In this document: positions 49,740-60,143 of the stretch, piece after piece
Layout of the letters: each line of letters begins with the position of its first letter
Numbering within the stretch: the stretch's first letter is position 1
NCBI GenBank assembly: GCA_021325135.1
Contig: JAJPHT010000029.1
Span: 128,001-192,000 of the forward strand
Direction: 5' to 3'
From: Pseudomonadota bacterium
GTDB lineage: Archaea; Thermoplasmatota; SW-10-69-26; JACQPN01; JAJPHT01
DNA length: 64,000 nt
Made by a program: the position numbers and the translations under genes
Notes under the pieces: generated by a model
Seen by the model: the letters and a program-made list of their open reading frames with translations, nothing else
Told to the model about the DNA's origin: nothing
Database searches by the model: none

Positions 49740-49797
49740 CGGCGCTCCTCCTGGTCCGGGCTGACCCGCTGCCGGATGAAATAGATTGCTCCCGCGA

Positions 49798-50511
49798 TCA
49801 GGGCGCCAGCGTCTTGCCCAGCTTGGGGCCGTGCATCTCGAAGCCGCCGTCCACGGGGGGCACGACGACCTTGGCCGCGGTGCCCACGCGCTTCTCGAAC
49901 TCGTGCGGGTCCGCGTGGATGGGCGGGAAGGTGTTGTAGTGCATGGGCACCGCGACGTTGACGCCCAGCCACTCCACGGCGCGCGCCGCGTGCTCGGCGC
50001 CCATGGTGTAGAAGTCGCCGATGGGCACGGCCGCGACGTGGGGCTGGAGGAGGTCGCGGATCACCGTGCGCATGTCGCCGAAGAGGCCCGTGTCGCCCGC
50101 GTGGTAGAAGCGCGTCTCGCCGTCGTCCACCACGAAGCCGCACGCCACGCCGCCGTACCCCTGGAAGTGGTCCCCCTCGCGGTGGAAGCCGCTGGTGTGC
50201 AGGGCGGGCGCGCACCAGACGCGCAGCTTGCCCTTGCGCCAGAAGCCGCCCACGTTCATGCCGACGCTCCCCCGCGCGCCGCGCGCCTCCAGGATGCCCG
50301 CAAGCTCGTAGGTCGCGACGCAGGGCACGCCGAACTCAGGCGCGCTCCCCACGTGGTCCGCGTGGGCGTGCGTCACCAGGATGATGTCGGGGTGGAAGTC
50401 GGCGACGCGCTTCGCGGTCATGCCGTTCTCGACGAACGGATCCACGAGGACCTTCGTGCCGTCCTTGCACGCGAGCGAGAAGAACGAATGGCCGTGCCAG
50501 CGGATCTCCAT
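49798..50511 (-). CDS. Metallo-beta-lactamase fold hydrolase (UPF0173-like)
   Basis: WHGHS, THAHADH, YHAGDT, PIGDFYTMG, PMHYNTFP. Confidence 0.92.
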   Translation of the reverse strand: MEIRWHGHSFFSLACKDGTKVLVDPFVENGMTAKRVADFHPDIILVTHAHADHVGSAPEFGVPCVATYELAGILEARGARGSVGMNVGGFWRKGKLRVWCAPALHTSGFHREGDHFQGYGGVACGFVVDDGETRFYHAGDTGLFGDMRTVIRDLLQPHVAAVPIGDFYTMGAEHAARAVEWLGVNVAVPMHYNTFPPIHADPHEFEKRVGTAAKVVVPPVDGGFEMHGPKLGKTLAP

Positions 50512-50557
50512 GCCGGCGCGAAGAGCGCGCCCAAGGAAAAGACGTTCGGGTACGGGC

Positions 50558-50659
50558 TCAGAAGTGGAAGGCGGCGCCGCACTCGGTGCAGTTCCCGGGG
50601 GCCATGAACTCGGTGCCGCACGACTTGCACAGCGTCAGGAACGTCGTCTCCTCTTGCAT
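50558..50659 (-). CDS. Zinc-finger micro-protein (33 aa), not in ORF track
   Basis: MQEETTFLTLCKSCGTEFMAPGNCTECGAAFHF with two CxxCG motifs; TATA-like TTAA box upstream. Confidence 0.7.
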   Translation of the reverse strand: MQEETTFLTLCKSCGTEFMAPGNCTECGAAFHF

Positions 50660-50798
50660 CCGAGCCCATCCGTCAGCGCCCGGGTAGTTAAGAGTTGTTG
50701 GTTCGGCCGGCGAACGTTCCGGGCCCTTCCCCGGCGCCCCCAGGCCTCAGAAAGTTCTTAGGAGGGAAGCCTTGTGGCCCCATCGCCAGCGACGCATT

Positions 50799-50871
50799 GC
50801 GGCGTTCGCGTAGCGGTTAGCGCAGCAGCTTCCCAAGCTGCCCTCCGGGGGTTCGAATCCCCCACGCCGCA
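50799..50871 (+). tRNA. tRNA-Gly (CCC)
   Basis: Acceptor GCGGCGT/ACGCCGC; anticodon arm GCAGC-TTCCCAA-GCTGC; T-arm GGGGG-TTCGAAT-CCCCC. Confidence 0.9.
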
Positions 50872-50921
50872 TTTCAGCGGGCACTCCGTCGCACGCGCTT
50901 TCGCGCGTGCGGACTCCGTGG

Positions 50922-51100
50922 CAGAGGGGGTGACTTCCCCCTCTGCGCTCCCCCTGCCGGGGGGACTTCGTCCCCCACGGACCCCCCTGCGGCGCTGCGC
51001 GCCGCGGGGGCTTCGCCCCCTTTCCCCCGAGGGAAATGAGGGACCCTTTCTGGAGGGTCGTGAAAGGGGGATCTTCGGCGCGCGCGGGGGCCCCGCCGCG
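50922..51100. repeat. Cluster of REP-like GC hairpins
   Basis: GAGGGGG..CCCCCTC, GGGGGACTTCGTCCCCC, GGGGGCTTCGCCCCC in tandem. Confidence 0.65.
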
Positions 51101-51108
51101 GGGTGATA

Positions 51109-54100
51109 TCACGCCTCGCGGTGGGCCTCGTGCTTGGCTGCGCGCTGCGCGTCCACGTCCTCCACGGGGACGCGGCGGGGCGGGCGGCGGTGCTCGCGGC
51201 GGAAGCGGAGCGCGGCGAAGGCGTAGCCGGACGCGCCCACGACGCCCACGCCCACGAGGACGGCCTGCGGGAGGAGGGCCATCTCGTAGGTGACGTAGAG
51301 GGCCATGGCCGCGGCGGCCGCCGCGAGGGAGACGGGCTTGCTCCAGCGCCAGACCTCGCCGCCGGGGAGGGGGCCGAAGGGCATGGCGGCGGTGGCGAGG
51401 GCCGAGACGGCCATGGCGACGCCCACGCTCTCCAGCGTGTAGAAGCCCAGGCGGCCCGCCACGAGGAAGACGAGGCTCCACGCGCTGGTGATGCCCAGGA
51501 TCGCCAGGGCGCGGTGGCCGGCGAGGCGCTTCTCGCCCTCGGTCTCCTCGACGCCGTTGTCCACGTAGCCCGGGTAGCCGAAGGGCGAGCGGAAGGCGAT
51601 GGTGGAGACGAGGAGCGACGCGACGCCCGCGACCCAGATGCGGAAGCGGACGCGCGCGCCCGAGAGGTGGGCGATGAGCGACTCGCTGCCGTACTTCTGG
51701 AGGGCGAGGAGGACGGCCGCGACGCCCACGAAGGGCAGCGTCGCGACGAAGGCCGCCCAGGTGTAGGCGCCCGCCTCGGCGATGGTGTAGAACACCGCGA
51801 TGAGGGAGACGGTGAGGACCAGCGCGATGGCGCTGGCGATGCGGCGGCGTCGCTCGATCGAAGCGAGGTCCTTGGTCCGGTCGCGCAGCGCGTCGCTGCC
51901 CGCGTCGGTGAAGAGGTCCTTGAGGTACTGCGTGAAGCTGAAGCCGGAGCTTCCGCCGCCGCTGGTGACCGCGCTGCCCGCCGCGCTGCTGACGGAGCTG
52001 GAGGCGGTCGCGGTGGCCGCGCCCATGGCGCTGGTGGTGAGGGTGTTGGTGGCCACGGTGGCGAGCGCCGCCGCGCCGACGCCCAGGGCCGCGCCGCCGT
52101 CCGCCGCGGCCGCGGTGTAGGCCGAGTTGCGCACGAGGACGCTCGTGCTGGCGAGGACGACCTCGTGGCCGTCGGGCTGGCGCTCGCGGGCCTCCACGGT
52201 GTAGTGGCCGTCGTCCTGCTGCGTGGTGTCCCAGGTGGCGTCGCTGCCGCCGCCCAGGGTGGTCTCGTGCCCCTGCTCGTCGATGACGACGAAGCGCACG
52301 CGGTCCGGGTGCGGCGCGTTGCGGAGGCTCACATGGACCTGCCCGCGGGCGCCCGCGTCCAGGCTCGCCGTGGCGTTGGCGTCCTGCGTGACCACCAGCT
52401 GCGGAGCCGGAGGGGGCGAGGAGGGGGATGCAGACGCGGGCGTGGGCGTGACGCTGGCCTGCTCCAGGGGCTGGCCGCCGCCGGAGGAGGGCGAGCCGCT
52501 GTTGCCTGAGGGCGCGGGCGTCGAGGGAGGGCGCGCGGTGGGCGAGGTGGGCGCCGTGGCGTTGTCGTTCTGCGCGGTGGCGAGGGGCGCGTCCATGCGG
52601 AAGCTGCCGCCGGAGCCCGAGGTCTCGTGGCCCGCGTGGTCGCGCGCGACGAGGCTCACCGAGTAGGAGCCGGCCGCGCGGGGGGAGAGCGTGCCCACGA
52701 AGGAGCCGCCGGCGGGCGAGAGGTCGACGCTCGTGCCGTCGGAGAGCAGCGCGCGGACGGAGGCGACGCCCGAGGCGTCGTCGTGGGCGCGCACCGTGAG
52801 CGTGACGCCGTGGCCCACCGTGGCGTTGGGCGCGGAGAGCGAGGCGCCGTCCAGCGAGGGAGGCGCGAGGTCCACCTGGAAGTCCTGCGCGTGCTCGGCC
52901 TCGTCGGGCGCGCCCGTCTGCGTGGCGTGCCAGTGGAGCGTATGGCGTCCCGCGGGGATCGCGATGGGACCCGAGTAGGCCTGGTCCGAGCCGCCGTCGA
53001 GGCGCCAGAGCAGCGAGGCGCCGGAGGAGGCGTTCAGCGCCACGCTGGGCGAGGAGACGTACCACCCTTCGCCGCCGTCGGGCGACGCGGGGGAGATTGT
53101 GGCGTGGCTCGTGGGCGAGGGGAGCGCCGGGAGCGTGGCGGTGGACTCGGGGCTCGACGAGCCTTCGCCCACGTCGTTGACTGCCGCGACGGAGTACGCG
53201 TAGGTGCCGCCGGGGCGCGCCGTGGCGTCGTCGAAGGACGTGCCCGACACGGTGGCGAGGAGCGCGCGCCCTTCGCTGGCGCGGCGGTAGAGGTGATAGC
53301 TCGTGAGGGGCGGTGAGCCCGCGTCGCCGGGCGGGGCCCACGCGACGAGGACGTGGCCATCCGCGACGGTGACCGAGGGCGCGCCGGGGGCGCCGGGCGC
53401 GTGGCGCGCGGGCGTCGGCGGGGGAGGCCGCGGCGGGGGCGGGGCGGGCGGGCTCTGCACGTCCACCGTGCCGGCGTCCGCGTCGCGCGCGTTGCCCGCG
53501 GCGTCCACGGCGTGGGCGCGCAGCGTGAGCGCGCCGGCCGGAGCGGCGTGGAGCGTGGCGTTGGCGAAGCGGCCGTCGAACGTCGTGGGCAGCGCCGCGT
53601 CGCCGACGCGCAGCGAGACGCCCGCGACGCCCGAGAGCGGATCGCTCACGGGCAGGCTGAAGGCGATGTCATCGCCAGGGCGCGGGAGCGCGGGGCTCAC
53701 CGAGAGGTTGCCCAGGATGGGCGCCTGGTCGTCGACGCGGATCTCCACCGCGTGGGGCGTCTCGTCGGGGAGGCCGTCGGCGGTGGCGTTGTACGTCAGC
53801 TCGTGGACGCCCGCGGGGATGGCAAAAGGCCCGTCGTAGATGATATCATCGCTGCCGTCGAGGCGGTAGGTGATGCGCGCGTTGTCGGGCGTCGCCGTGA
53901 GCGTCGCGTTGGGCGCGTGGACGTACCAACCGGCGGCGCCGTCGGGCGCGGGGAGCGAGAGCGTCGTCTGCACCGCGGGGCCCAGCGGCGTGAACGCGAA
54001 GGGCGCGGCGAGGCGGTTGCCCGCGAGGTCCGAGGCCCCGGTGCCCACGACGACGGGCGGGGGGGTCGTCCAGCCGTCGCGGCGCTCCAGCGCGAGGTAG

Positions 54101-57100
54101 CCCTCGTCGTACCAGACGAGGTGCCAGCCGTCGAGCCCGCGCAGCGCGGAGCCCACGGCGTACTCGCTCATGCCCTCGGAGAACTCAAGGTCGACCTCGT
54201 AGGAGACGGCCTCGGCGCGGACGGAGGCGTCCTTGGCGCGCGCGTGCGCGAGGGCCGCGTCCTCGAAGCCGCCCTGGTCGAAGCGGTCGAGACGGACCGT
54301 GGGGCGCGTGAGGTCGATGCGCACGCTGCGCTCGGCGACAGGGCTCTGGGTGCCGTTCTCGTCCAAGACCACGGCCTCCACGTCGTGCCAGCCCTCGGGG
54401 AGGGTGAGGTTGTCGCCCTGGACCCAGTCGCCGTCGTCCACGCGGTAGGCCAGCGTGGAGAGGTTGAGGGCGCCCGTGCCGGCGACGGGGGCGAGCGTCA
54501 CGTGGACGGGGCTCGTGTAGACGCCTTCGTGGCCGTCGGGCGTCGCGGGGTCGAGGTCGAGGCGGACGCATGGCGGGACCGTCGCGTCGGGGGAGGGCTC
54601 GTAGGCGAGGGAGGCACGCGGGCCTTCGCCCGCGGCGTTGCGCGCGGCCACGGAGTACGTGGCGGGGAGCGACGCGTCGAAGGCGGGGTCGGACGCGCCC
54701 GGCTTGCCCACCTGCGCGACGAGGACGTCGCCTTCGCAGGGCGTCGAGCGGAAGAGGTCGTAGCCGAGGATGGCCGCGCCGCCGTCGCCCTCAGGCGCGC
54801 TCCACGAGAGGGAGGCGCCGCCCTGCTCGGAGGGCGTGAGCGAGAGGCCCGTGGGGGCGTCGGGGGGCGTGGCGTTGGGGGGCGTGAAGAGGATGCCCGC
54901 GTCGGCGAGGCCGAAGAGGCCGTGGCGGTAGCTCAGCCCGATGGCGCCGCTGGGGTCCTCGATGCCCACCGTCCGGAGGTGGCTGCCGTCGCTGGGCACG
55001 TCGGCGCTCTGCACCTCGACCTGGTTGGTGCCCTCGTGGAGGATGATCTCGAACGTGACGGGCTCGCGGTGGTAGAACTGCGAGACGCCCTCCCACGAGA
55101 CGACGAAGGAGCGCTCGGGGGCCTGGCCCAGGGTGGCGACGTGGATCGTGCCTTCGCCGGGGGCGTAGAGGTCCTCCCAGTCGCCCGCGATGACGTCGTG
55201 GAGGTAGGAGCCGGGGATCGCCTGGCCGTTGCAGCACCCCTGGCTCGTGCCGGGGTCGAAGGCGAGGAAGCCGTTGCTGCCCACGTAGAGGGAGTCGTGG
55301 GTCTGGCCGTAGAAGGTGAAGTTGAACCCGATGGGGACGAGGGTGCTCAGCACGTCGTCCTCCAAGGGGAGGGGCACGCCGCCGGTGGCGTCGACCCAGC
55401 GGAAGTCCGTGGTGGCGCACGAGTAGCCCGCGGCGTCGGTGGCCGTCTCGCAGGGGGCGAGGTCGCCGGCGCTCAGCGAGGCCGCGAGCGCGCCGGGGGC
55501 GTCGCCCGGCTCGCCGTAGGCCACGAGGCGATAATGATAGCGCGCGTGGGCGTCGAGGCCCTCGTCCTGGTAGCCCGTGGCGTCGGCGCCGAGGCTCGCG
55601 ACGTACCGGTTCTCGTAGCCCTCCGCGGTGCCGCGGTAGAGGCGGTAGCCCGCGAGGCCTTCGCCCAGCGTGCGCGGCGCGGTCCAGTTGAGCTGCACGC
55701 TGCCGGGCTCGCTCCCAGGAACGGCGGTGAGGTTCTGCGCCTCGCTGAGGTGGTCGCCGGGGAGGAAGAGCGTGGCGGCGTGGTGCAGCGCGTCCGCGCC
55801 GTAGAGCGCGCGCAGGCCCGAGGAGCCCTCGGGGCTCTCGATGCCCGTGACGTGGACGCGGCCGTCGGAGGGGGCGTCCACGACCTGCGTCTCGATGATA
55901 TCAGACGACTCGTGGAGGATGACCTGGAAGGTGGAGGGGGCGGCGCCGTCGGGGTTGGGGACTCCGCTCCACTCGGCGACGAACTCGCGCTCGGGGGCCG
56001 AGCCCAGCGTGGCGTAGCGCACGGCGCCGGCGAGGCCGGGGTCGAGGTCGCCCCAGTGGCCCGCGACGAGGTCGTTGGGCGCGTTGGCGTCGGGGACCTC
56101 CTGGCCCGCGCAGCAGCCGGCCGTCTCGTCGTCCTGGAACGTGAGGTAGCCGTTGGGCGAGAGGTAGGCGTGGTCGTGGGCCTCGCCGTAGAAGGAGAAC
56201 GAGAAGCCCAGGGGGATGGGCTCCGAGAGCCCCTCGTCGCCCAGGTGGACGAGGGTGGCGTTGGAGGGCAGCGCGCGCGGCGCGAAGGGCGTCTCCTCGC
56301 ACGCGTAGCCGAAGGTGTCGTTGACCATGCCGCAGGCGGGCTGGAAGGGGGCGTCGCCGCAGGGCGCGGCGTCGCGCACGAGGCAGTCGGCGTCCAGGAC
56401 GCCGGCTCCGGTGGCGTCGTCGTGGCCCCGCGCGCCCACGTCGCGGGCGGTGGCGAGGAGGCGCGCGCGAAGCTGCGCGGCGGTGAGGTCGGGGTTGGCG
56501 CTCCACGCGAGGGCCAGGGAGCCGCTCACGAAGGCGGTGCTCATGCTGGTGCCCGAGAGGGAGGCGTACGACGAGTCGTCGCCGTCCCACGTCGAGAGCA
56601 CGCCCTCGCCGGGCGCCGCGATGGCGACCTGCGGGCCCTTGGAGGAGAAGGAGCAGGGGAGGTCCGAGCCGTCGACGCACGAGACGGCGATGACGTCGGG
56701 GAGGCGGGCGGGGAAGAGGACGCAGTCGTTGCAGCCCTCGTTGCCGCTGGCGGCGACCACGAGCTTGCCGTGCGCAGCCGCGTAGGCGACGGCGTCGTCC
56801 AGGGCGGAGGAGTCGGCCTCGCCGCCCAGCGACATGGAGATCACCGTGCGCGGCGGCGTGTGGCCGACGCACCAGGTGACGCCCTGCGCGATGACGTCCA
56901 TGCTGCCCATGCCGGCGAAGTCCAGGACCTTGACGCCGTAGAGGCTGACGTTGGCGACGCCCGCGATGCCCAGGCCGTTGTCCACGGTGGCCGCGGCGAT
57001 GCCCGAGACGTGCGTGCCGTGGCCGTTGTCGTCCATCGGGTCGTCGTCGCCGTTGACGAAGTCGTGCCCGCCCATCCAGCGCGTGCCGTTGAGGTCCTCG

Positions 57101-57570
57101 TGGGTGTAACGGACGCCAGTGTCCACGACGCAGAGGGAGGCGTTGGCCGCGTCGCCGAAGCCGGCGGTGGCCCACGCGAGGCCCGCGTGGATCTGCGCGA
57201 GGCCCTCCTGGTCTGCGAAGGAGGGGTCGTTGGGCGCGACGGGTGTGGCGGCCTCGTCCAGAAGGAGCGTGAGGGTGGGGGCGGCCTCGACGGACTCGAC
57301 GCGCGGGTCCGCGGCGGCGCGCTGCGGGAAGGAGGGGTCGGTGGAGACGACCGAGACGCGCTGGATGGGCGCGTTCACGGCGACGACGCGCGCGCCGTCA
57401 AAGGAGCTGCCCACGTCCGCGGAGGGCTCGCCCCGCAGGTGGAGGACGTAGCGCGTCTCGGCGGCGCGGGCGGTGGCGCCGAAGGAGGGGGCGAGGACGA
57501 GAAGGGCCAGCGCGAGGCACGCGGCGCGGGTCGTGGTCGTGGAGCGGGATGAATGAATGCGGGTCGCCAA
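51109..57570 (-). CDS. Giant surface S8 subtilase with nidogen-like, FN3 and Ig-like domains and a C-terminal multi-TM domain
   Basis: Signal peptide; triad VVDTG / NGHGTHV / GTSMST; FN3-like repeats; Pro/Ser/Thr linkers; about 6 TM at C-terminus. Confidence 0.88.
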   Translation of the reverse strand: MATRIHSSRSTTTTRAACLALALLVLAPSFGATARAAETRYVLHLRGEPSADVGSSFDGARVVAVNAPIQRVSVVSTDPSFPQRAAADPRVESVEAAPTLTLLLDEAATPVAPNDPSFADQEGLAQIHAGLAWATAGFGDAANASLCVVDTGVRYTHEDLNGTRWMGGHDFVNGDDDPMDDNGHGTHVSGIAAATVDNGLGIAGVANVSLYGVKVLDFAGMGSMDVIAQGVTWCVGHTPPRTVISMSLGGEADSSALDDAVAYAAAHGKLVVAASGNEGCNDCVLFPARLPDVIAVSCVDGSDLPCSFSSKGPQVAIAAPGEGVLSTWDGDDSSYASLSGTSMSTAFVSGSLALAWSANPDLTAAQLRARLLATARDVGARGHDDATGAGVLDADCLVRDAAPCGDAPFQPACGMVNDTFGYACEETPFAPRALPSNATLVHLGDEGLSEPIPLGFSFSFYGEAHDHAYLSPNGYLTFQDDETAGCCAGQEVPDANAPNDLVAGHWGDLDPGLAGAVRYATLGSAPEREFVAEWSGVPNPDGAAPSTFQVILHESSDIIETQVVDAPSDGRVHVTGIESPEGSSGLRALYGADALHHAATLFLPGDHLSEAQNLTAVPGSEPGSVQLNWTAPRTLGEGLAGYRLYRGTAEGYENRYVASLGADATGYQDEGLDAHARYHYRLVAYGEPGDAPGALAASLSAGDLAPCETATDAAGYSCATTDFRWVDATGGVPLPLEDDVLSTLVPIGFNFTFYGQTHDSLYVGSNGFLAFDPGTSQGCCNGQAIPGSYLHDVIAGDWEDLYAPGEGTIHVATLGQAPERSFVVSWEGVSQFYHREPVTFEIILHEGTNQVEVQSADVPSDGSHLRTVGIEDPSGAIGLSYRHGLFGLADAGILFTPPNATPPDAPTGLSLTPSEQGGASLSWSAPEGDGGAAILGYDLFRSTPCEGDVLVAQVGKPGASDPAFDASLPATYSVAARNAAGEGPRASLAYEPSPDATVPPCVRLDLDPATPDGHEGVYTSPVHVTLAPVAGTGALNLSTLAYRVDDGDWVQGDNLTLPEGWHDVEAVVLDENGTQSPVAERSVRIDLTRPTVRLDRFDQGGFEDAALAHARAKDASVRAEAVSYEVDLEFSEGMSEYAVGSALRGLDGWHLVWYDEGYLALERRDGWTTPPPVVVGTGASDLAGNRLAAPFAFTPLGPAVQTTLSLPAPDGAAGWYVHAPNATLTATPDNARITYRLDGSDDIIYDGPFAIPAGVHELTYNATADGLPDETPHAVEIRVDDQAPILGNLSVSPALPRPGDDIAFSLPVSDPLSGVAGVSLRVGDAALPTTFDGRFANATLHAAPAGALTLRAHAVDAAGNARDADAGTVDVQSPPAPPPPRPPPPTPARHAPGAPGAPSVTVADGHVLVAWAPPGDAGSPPLTSYHLYRRASEGRALLATVSGTSFDDATARPGGTYAYSVAAVNDVGEGSSSPESTATLPALPSPTSHATISPASPDGGEGWYVSSPSVALNASSGASLLWRLDGGSDQAYSGPIAIPAGRHTLHWHATQTGAPDEAEHAQDFQVDLAPPSLDGASLSAPNATVGHGVTLTVRAHDDASGVASVRALLSDGTSVDLSPAGGSFVGTLSPRAAGSYSVSLVARDHAGHETSGSGGSFRMDAPLATAQNDNATAPTSPTARPPSTPAPSGNSGSPSSGGGQPLEQASVTPTPASASPSSPPPAPQLVVTQDANATASLDAGARGQVHVSLRNAPHPDRVRFVVIDEQGHETTLGGGSDATWDTTQQDDGHYTVEARERQPDGHEVVLASTSVLVRNSAYTAAAADGGAALGVGAAALATVATNTLTTSAMGAATATASSSVSSAAGSAVTSGGGSSGFSFTQYLKDLFTDAGSDALRDRTKDLASIERRRRIASAIALVLTVSLIAVFYTIAEAGAYTWAAFVATLPFVGVAAVLLALQKYGSESLIAHLSGARVRFRIWVAGVASLLVSTIAFRSPFGYPGYVDNGVEETEGEKRLAGHRALAILGITSAWSLVFLVAGRLGFYTLESVGVAMAVSALATAAMPFGPLPGGEVWRWSKPVSLAAAAAAMALYVTYEMALLPQAVLVGVGVVGASGYAFAALRFRREHRRPPRRVPVEDVDAQRAAKHEAHREA

Positions 57571-57650
57571 GCGGCCGCCTCCCGCGCGGCCGTAGGTGCT
57601 CGCCTTGAAAGCCTTTTCCGTGCCCGGATTCGCCGGGGTGGAGGACTCCT

Positions 57651-58028
57651 CTATCCGAGAACTCCACCGCCGCCGTTGGAGGCGGCGCAGCGCGCGGCGG
57701 CGCCGAGGTTGCTCTGGCCGGTGGCGGAGTCGTAGACCAGCGCGCCCGACTTGTCGAAGACGCGGTAGGCCTGCGTGTTCACGTGGAACTGGACCTGATA
57801 GCCCACGCAGACGAAGTCCGCGACGTTGGAGGGGATCGTCTTCTGGACGTGGACGCCGGGGAGGAGCTTGGGCGTCACGACGACGTAGGGGTTGCCCGAG
57901 GAGTCGGTGCCCTTGCCGGTGATGGTGGCCTGCGCGGCGTAGTCGGTGAAGTAGAGGTAGGCGGCGATGCCCACCAGCGCGAGGACGAGGACGCCCAAGA
58001 CGGTGAAGACGCCCTTGAGGAGGCCCAT
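57651..58028 (-). CDS. Membrane-anchored hypothetical protein
   Basis: N-terminal TM; typical codon bias. Confidence 0.7.
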   Translation of the reverse strand: MGLLKGVFTVLGVLVLALVGIAAYLYFTDYAAQATITGKGTDSSGNPYVVVTPKLLPGVHVQKTIPSNVADFVCVGYQVQFHVNTQAYRVFDKSGALVYDSATGQSNLGAAARCAASNGGGGVLG

Positions 58029-58080
58029 GGGGCGCGCATGGCGGGGGGTTCGGAAAAAGGCGAGCCTTGACGGCGCATGC

Positions 58081-58674
58081 TCAGAGCGTCAGGCTGCATC
58101 GCATGGAGGGGCCTGAGGGGAGGGGTGCGATGGCGCAGGTGGCGAGGAAGGGGGCGCGCGTGGCGACGACGAGGCCGTATCCTTGCGCCTCGGGGTGGAC
58201 CACCTGCTCGAGGGTCCAGCCTGCGTCCTGGAATCTGCTGGCGGTGTCGTTCACCACGGCTGAGGCGTTGGCGTCCGCGGGGTAGGCCACGGAGAGGAAC
58301 GCGAGGGGGTGGCCCGCCGCGGCGACGGGGCCCGAGGAGGCGGAGGCGGAGGATTCGCCCGGCGCGCGGGGGAGGTGCGCCGCCATGTCGCGGAGCATGA
58401 ACGGGAGCGGCGCGTTGACCACGAGCACCAGCGCGACGCCCACGGCGGGGGCGGCGGCCGCCAGCGACAGGGGCGAGAGGCGTAGCGCGAGGCCCACCGT
58501 GAGGGTGAGGGCCACGAGGAGCGCCAGCGCGCCGACGTAGGACCACGGGGCGCGGGTCGCGAAGGCCGCGAGGCCGCGGTCCAGCGCCACCACGAGGAGG
58601 ACCACCAGCAGGACCGCGGACGCCAGGTAGGCCGGGAGGGCCCAGGGGCGGCGGCGACGAGGGGCTAGGTTCAA
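58081..58674 (-). CDS. Membrane hypothetical protein
   Basis: Three TM helices then soluble domain; start uncertain. Confidence 0.5.
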   Translation of the reverse strand: MNLAPRRRRPWALPAYLASAVLLVVLLVVALDRGLAAFATRAPWSYVGALALLVALTLTVGLALRLSPLSLAAAAPAVGVALVLVVNAPLPFMLRDMAAHLPRAPGESSASASSGPVAAAGHPLAFLSVAYPADANASAVVNDTASRFQDAGWTLEQVVHPEAQGYGLVVATRAPFLATCAIAPLPSGPSMRCSLTL

Positions 58675-58741
58675 GGGAATGCCCACGTTCGGAGGCGTCA
58701 ACGGCCCGGGAACGGGCTCCTTCCGCTTCAGGTGCGCGGCG

Positions 58742-59857
58742 ATGGCGACCAAGGCCGACTACTACGAGCTGCTGGGCGTCCCCCGCGACGCCAGCGCCGA
58801 GGACGTGAAGAAGGCGTACCGCAGGCTGGCGCTCCAGTACCACCCCGACCGCAACCGGGAGCCGGGGGCCGAGGAGCGCTTCAAGGAGATCAGCGAGGCC
58901 TACGCGGTCCTCAGCGACGCCGAGAAGCGGAAGACCTACGACCAGTTCGGGCACGCCGGGTTCGACGAGCGCTACACCCAGGAGGACATCTTCCGCGGGG
59001 CGGACTTCGGCGACATGGGCTTCGACATGGGGAGCATATTCCGCACCATCTTCGGGGCCGGCTTCGGCGGCGGGCCGCAGGGCGGGCGCAACCTCGAGAC
59101 CTCCCTGGAGATCACCCTGGAGGACGTGGCCAACGGGGGCGAGAAGGAGGTGCGCGTGACGCGGCTGGAGCGGTGCGAGTCGTGCGGCGGCTCGGGCGCC
59201 AAGCCCGGCACGCGGCCCACGCGCTGCCCGACGTGCCGCGGCCACGGCCAGGTGGCGCGCCAGATGCGCACGCCCTTCGGCCTGGTGCAGACCGCGGGCC
59301 CCTGCCCCCAGTGCGGCGGCCGCGGCGAGGTCGTCGCGACGCCCGACCCCGCGTGCAAGGGCGAAGGGCGCATCCAGCGCACGCGCACGCTCAACATCCG
59401 CATCCCAGAAGGCGTTCCCGACGGGGGCACGCTGCGCCTGCGCGGCGAGGGCGAGGCCGGCCCTGACGGATTCCCCGACGGCGACCTCTACGTGCACGTC
59501 CGCGTGAAGCCGCACGCGGTCTTCCAGCGCGACGGCGACGACCTGCACGTCCCCGTGCCGCTCACCTTCAGCCAGGCGGCGCTGGGCGACGAGGTGGACG
59601 TGCCGCTGCTGGAGGGCAAGCAGGACCGCATCATCATCCCGGCGGGCACGCAGGGGGGCGAGGTCTTCCGCCTGCGCGGCAAGGGGCTCCCCAGCCTCAA
59701 CGGCAGCCGCCGCGGCGACCTCCTGGCCCACGCCCGCGTCTACACGCCCGTGAAGCTGAGCGCGGAGGAGCGGAAGCTCTTCGAGGAGCTTGCGCGGCTC
59801 GAAGGGCGCGAGCCGAGGAAGGGGTTCTTCTCCGACCTCAAGAAGAAGCTGGGATGA
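58742..59857 (+). CDS. dnaJ: Chaperone DnaJ
   Basis: J-domain with HPD, G/F region, CxxCxGxG repeats, C-terminal domains. Confidence 0.95.
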   Translation: MATKADYYELLGVPRDASAEDVKKAYRRLALQYHPDRNREPGAEERFKEISEAYAVLSDAEKRKTYDQFGHAGFDERYTQEDIFRGADFGDMGFDMGSIFRTIFGAGFGGGPQGGRNLETSLEITLEDVANGGEKEVRVTRLERCESCGGSGAKPGTRPTRCPTCRGHGQVARQMRTPFGLVQTAGPCPQCGGRGEVVATPDPACKGEGRIQRTRTLNIRIPEGVPDGGTLRLRGEGEAGPDGFPDGDLYVHVRVKPHAVFQRDGDDLHVPVPLTFSQAALGDEVDVPLLEGKQDRIIIPAGTQGGEVFRLRGKGLPSLNGSRRGDLLAHARVYTPVKLSAEERKLFEELARLEGREPRKGFFSDLKKKLG

Positions 59858-60011
59858 GGAGCGCCGGGCGCGCCAGGATACGAGGTCGAGCCGCCAGCGC
59901 GATGGCCTCCAGCGCGAGGTCCACGTCCATCTCCAGCGCGCAGCCGACGCCCGCCTCGAAGTGCTCGCACGAGCGGCATCTCGCGGGGGACTTGCACGAC
60001 ATCGACTCCAT
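59838..60011 (-). CDS. Small Cys-rich hypothetical protein
   Basis: [38 protein letters not shown]... Confidence 0.45.
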   Translation of the reverse strand: MESMSCKSPARCRSCEHFEAGVGCALEMDVDLALEAIALAARPRILARPALLIPASS

Positions 60012-60143
60012 GGGCCACGCGCCATGCGTCCAGTGGACACGAGGGGTCATGGGGGTGCCCATGGGGGAGGGGGCGCCGAAAGTGGAGGCGGGCGGGCGTT
60101 CCTCCGGCGTCACCCTTAAGGAGCGCGCCCCGTCTGGGACCCT

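Noticed and set aside
53353-57552. Long antisense or alternative-frame ORFs (e.g. 1399 aa here, 921 aa at 7128-9893, 742 aa at 14639-16867)
   Set aside because: Shadow ORFs expected at high GC; Arg/Gly/Ala-rich, no motifs, overlap well-supported genes
59340-59370. DnaJ fourth zinc repeat reads DPACKGEG; no dnaK adjacent
   Set aside because: Asp-for-Cys variants and unlinked dnaJ are known; not sufficient for novelty
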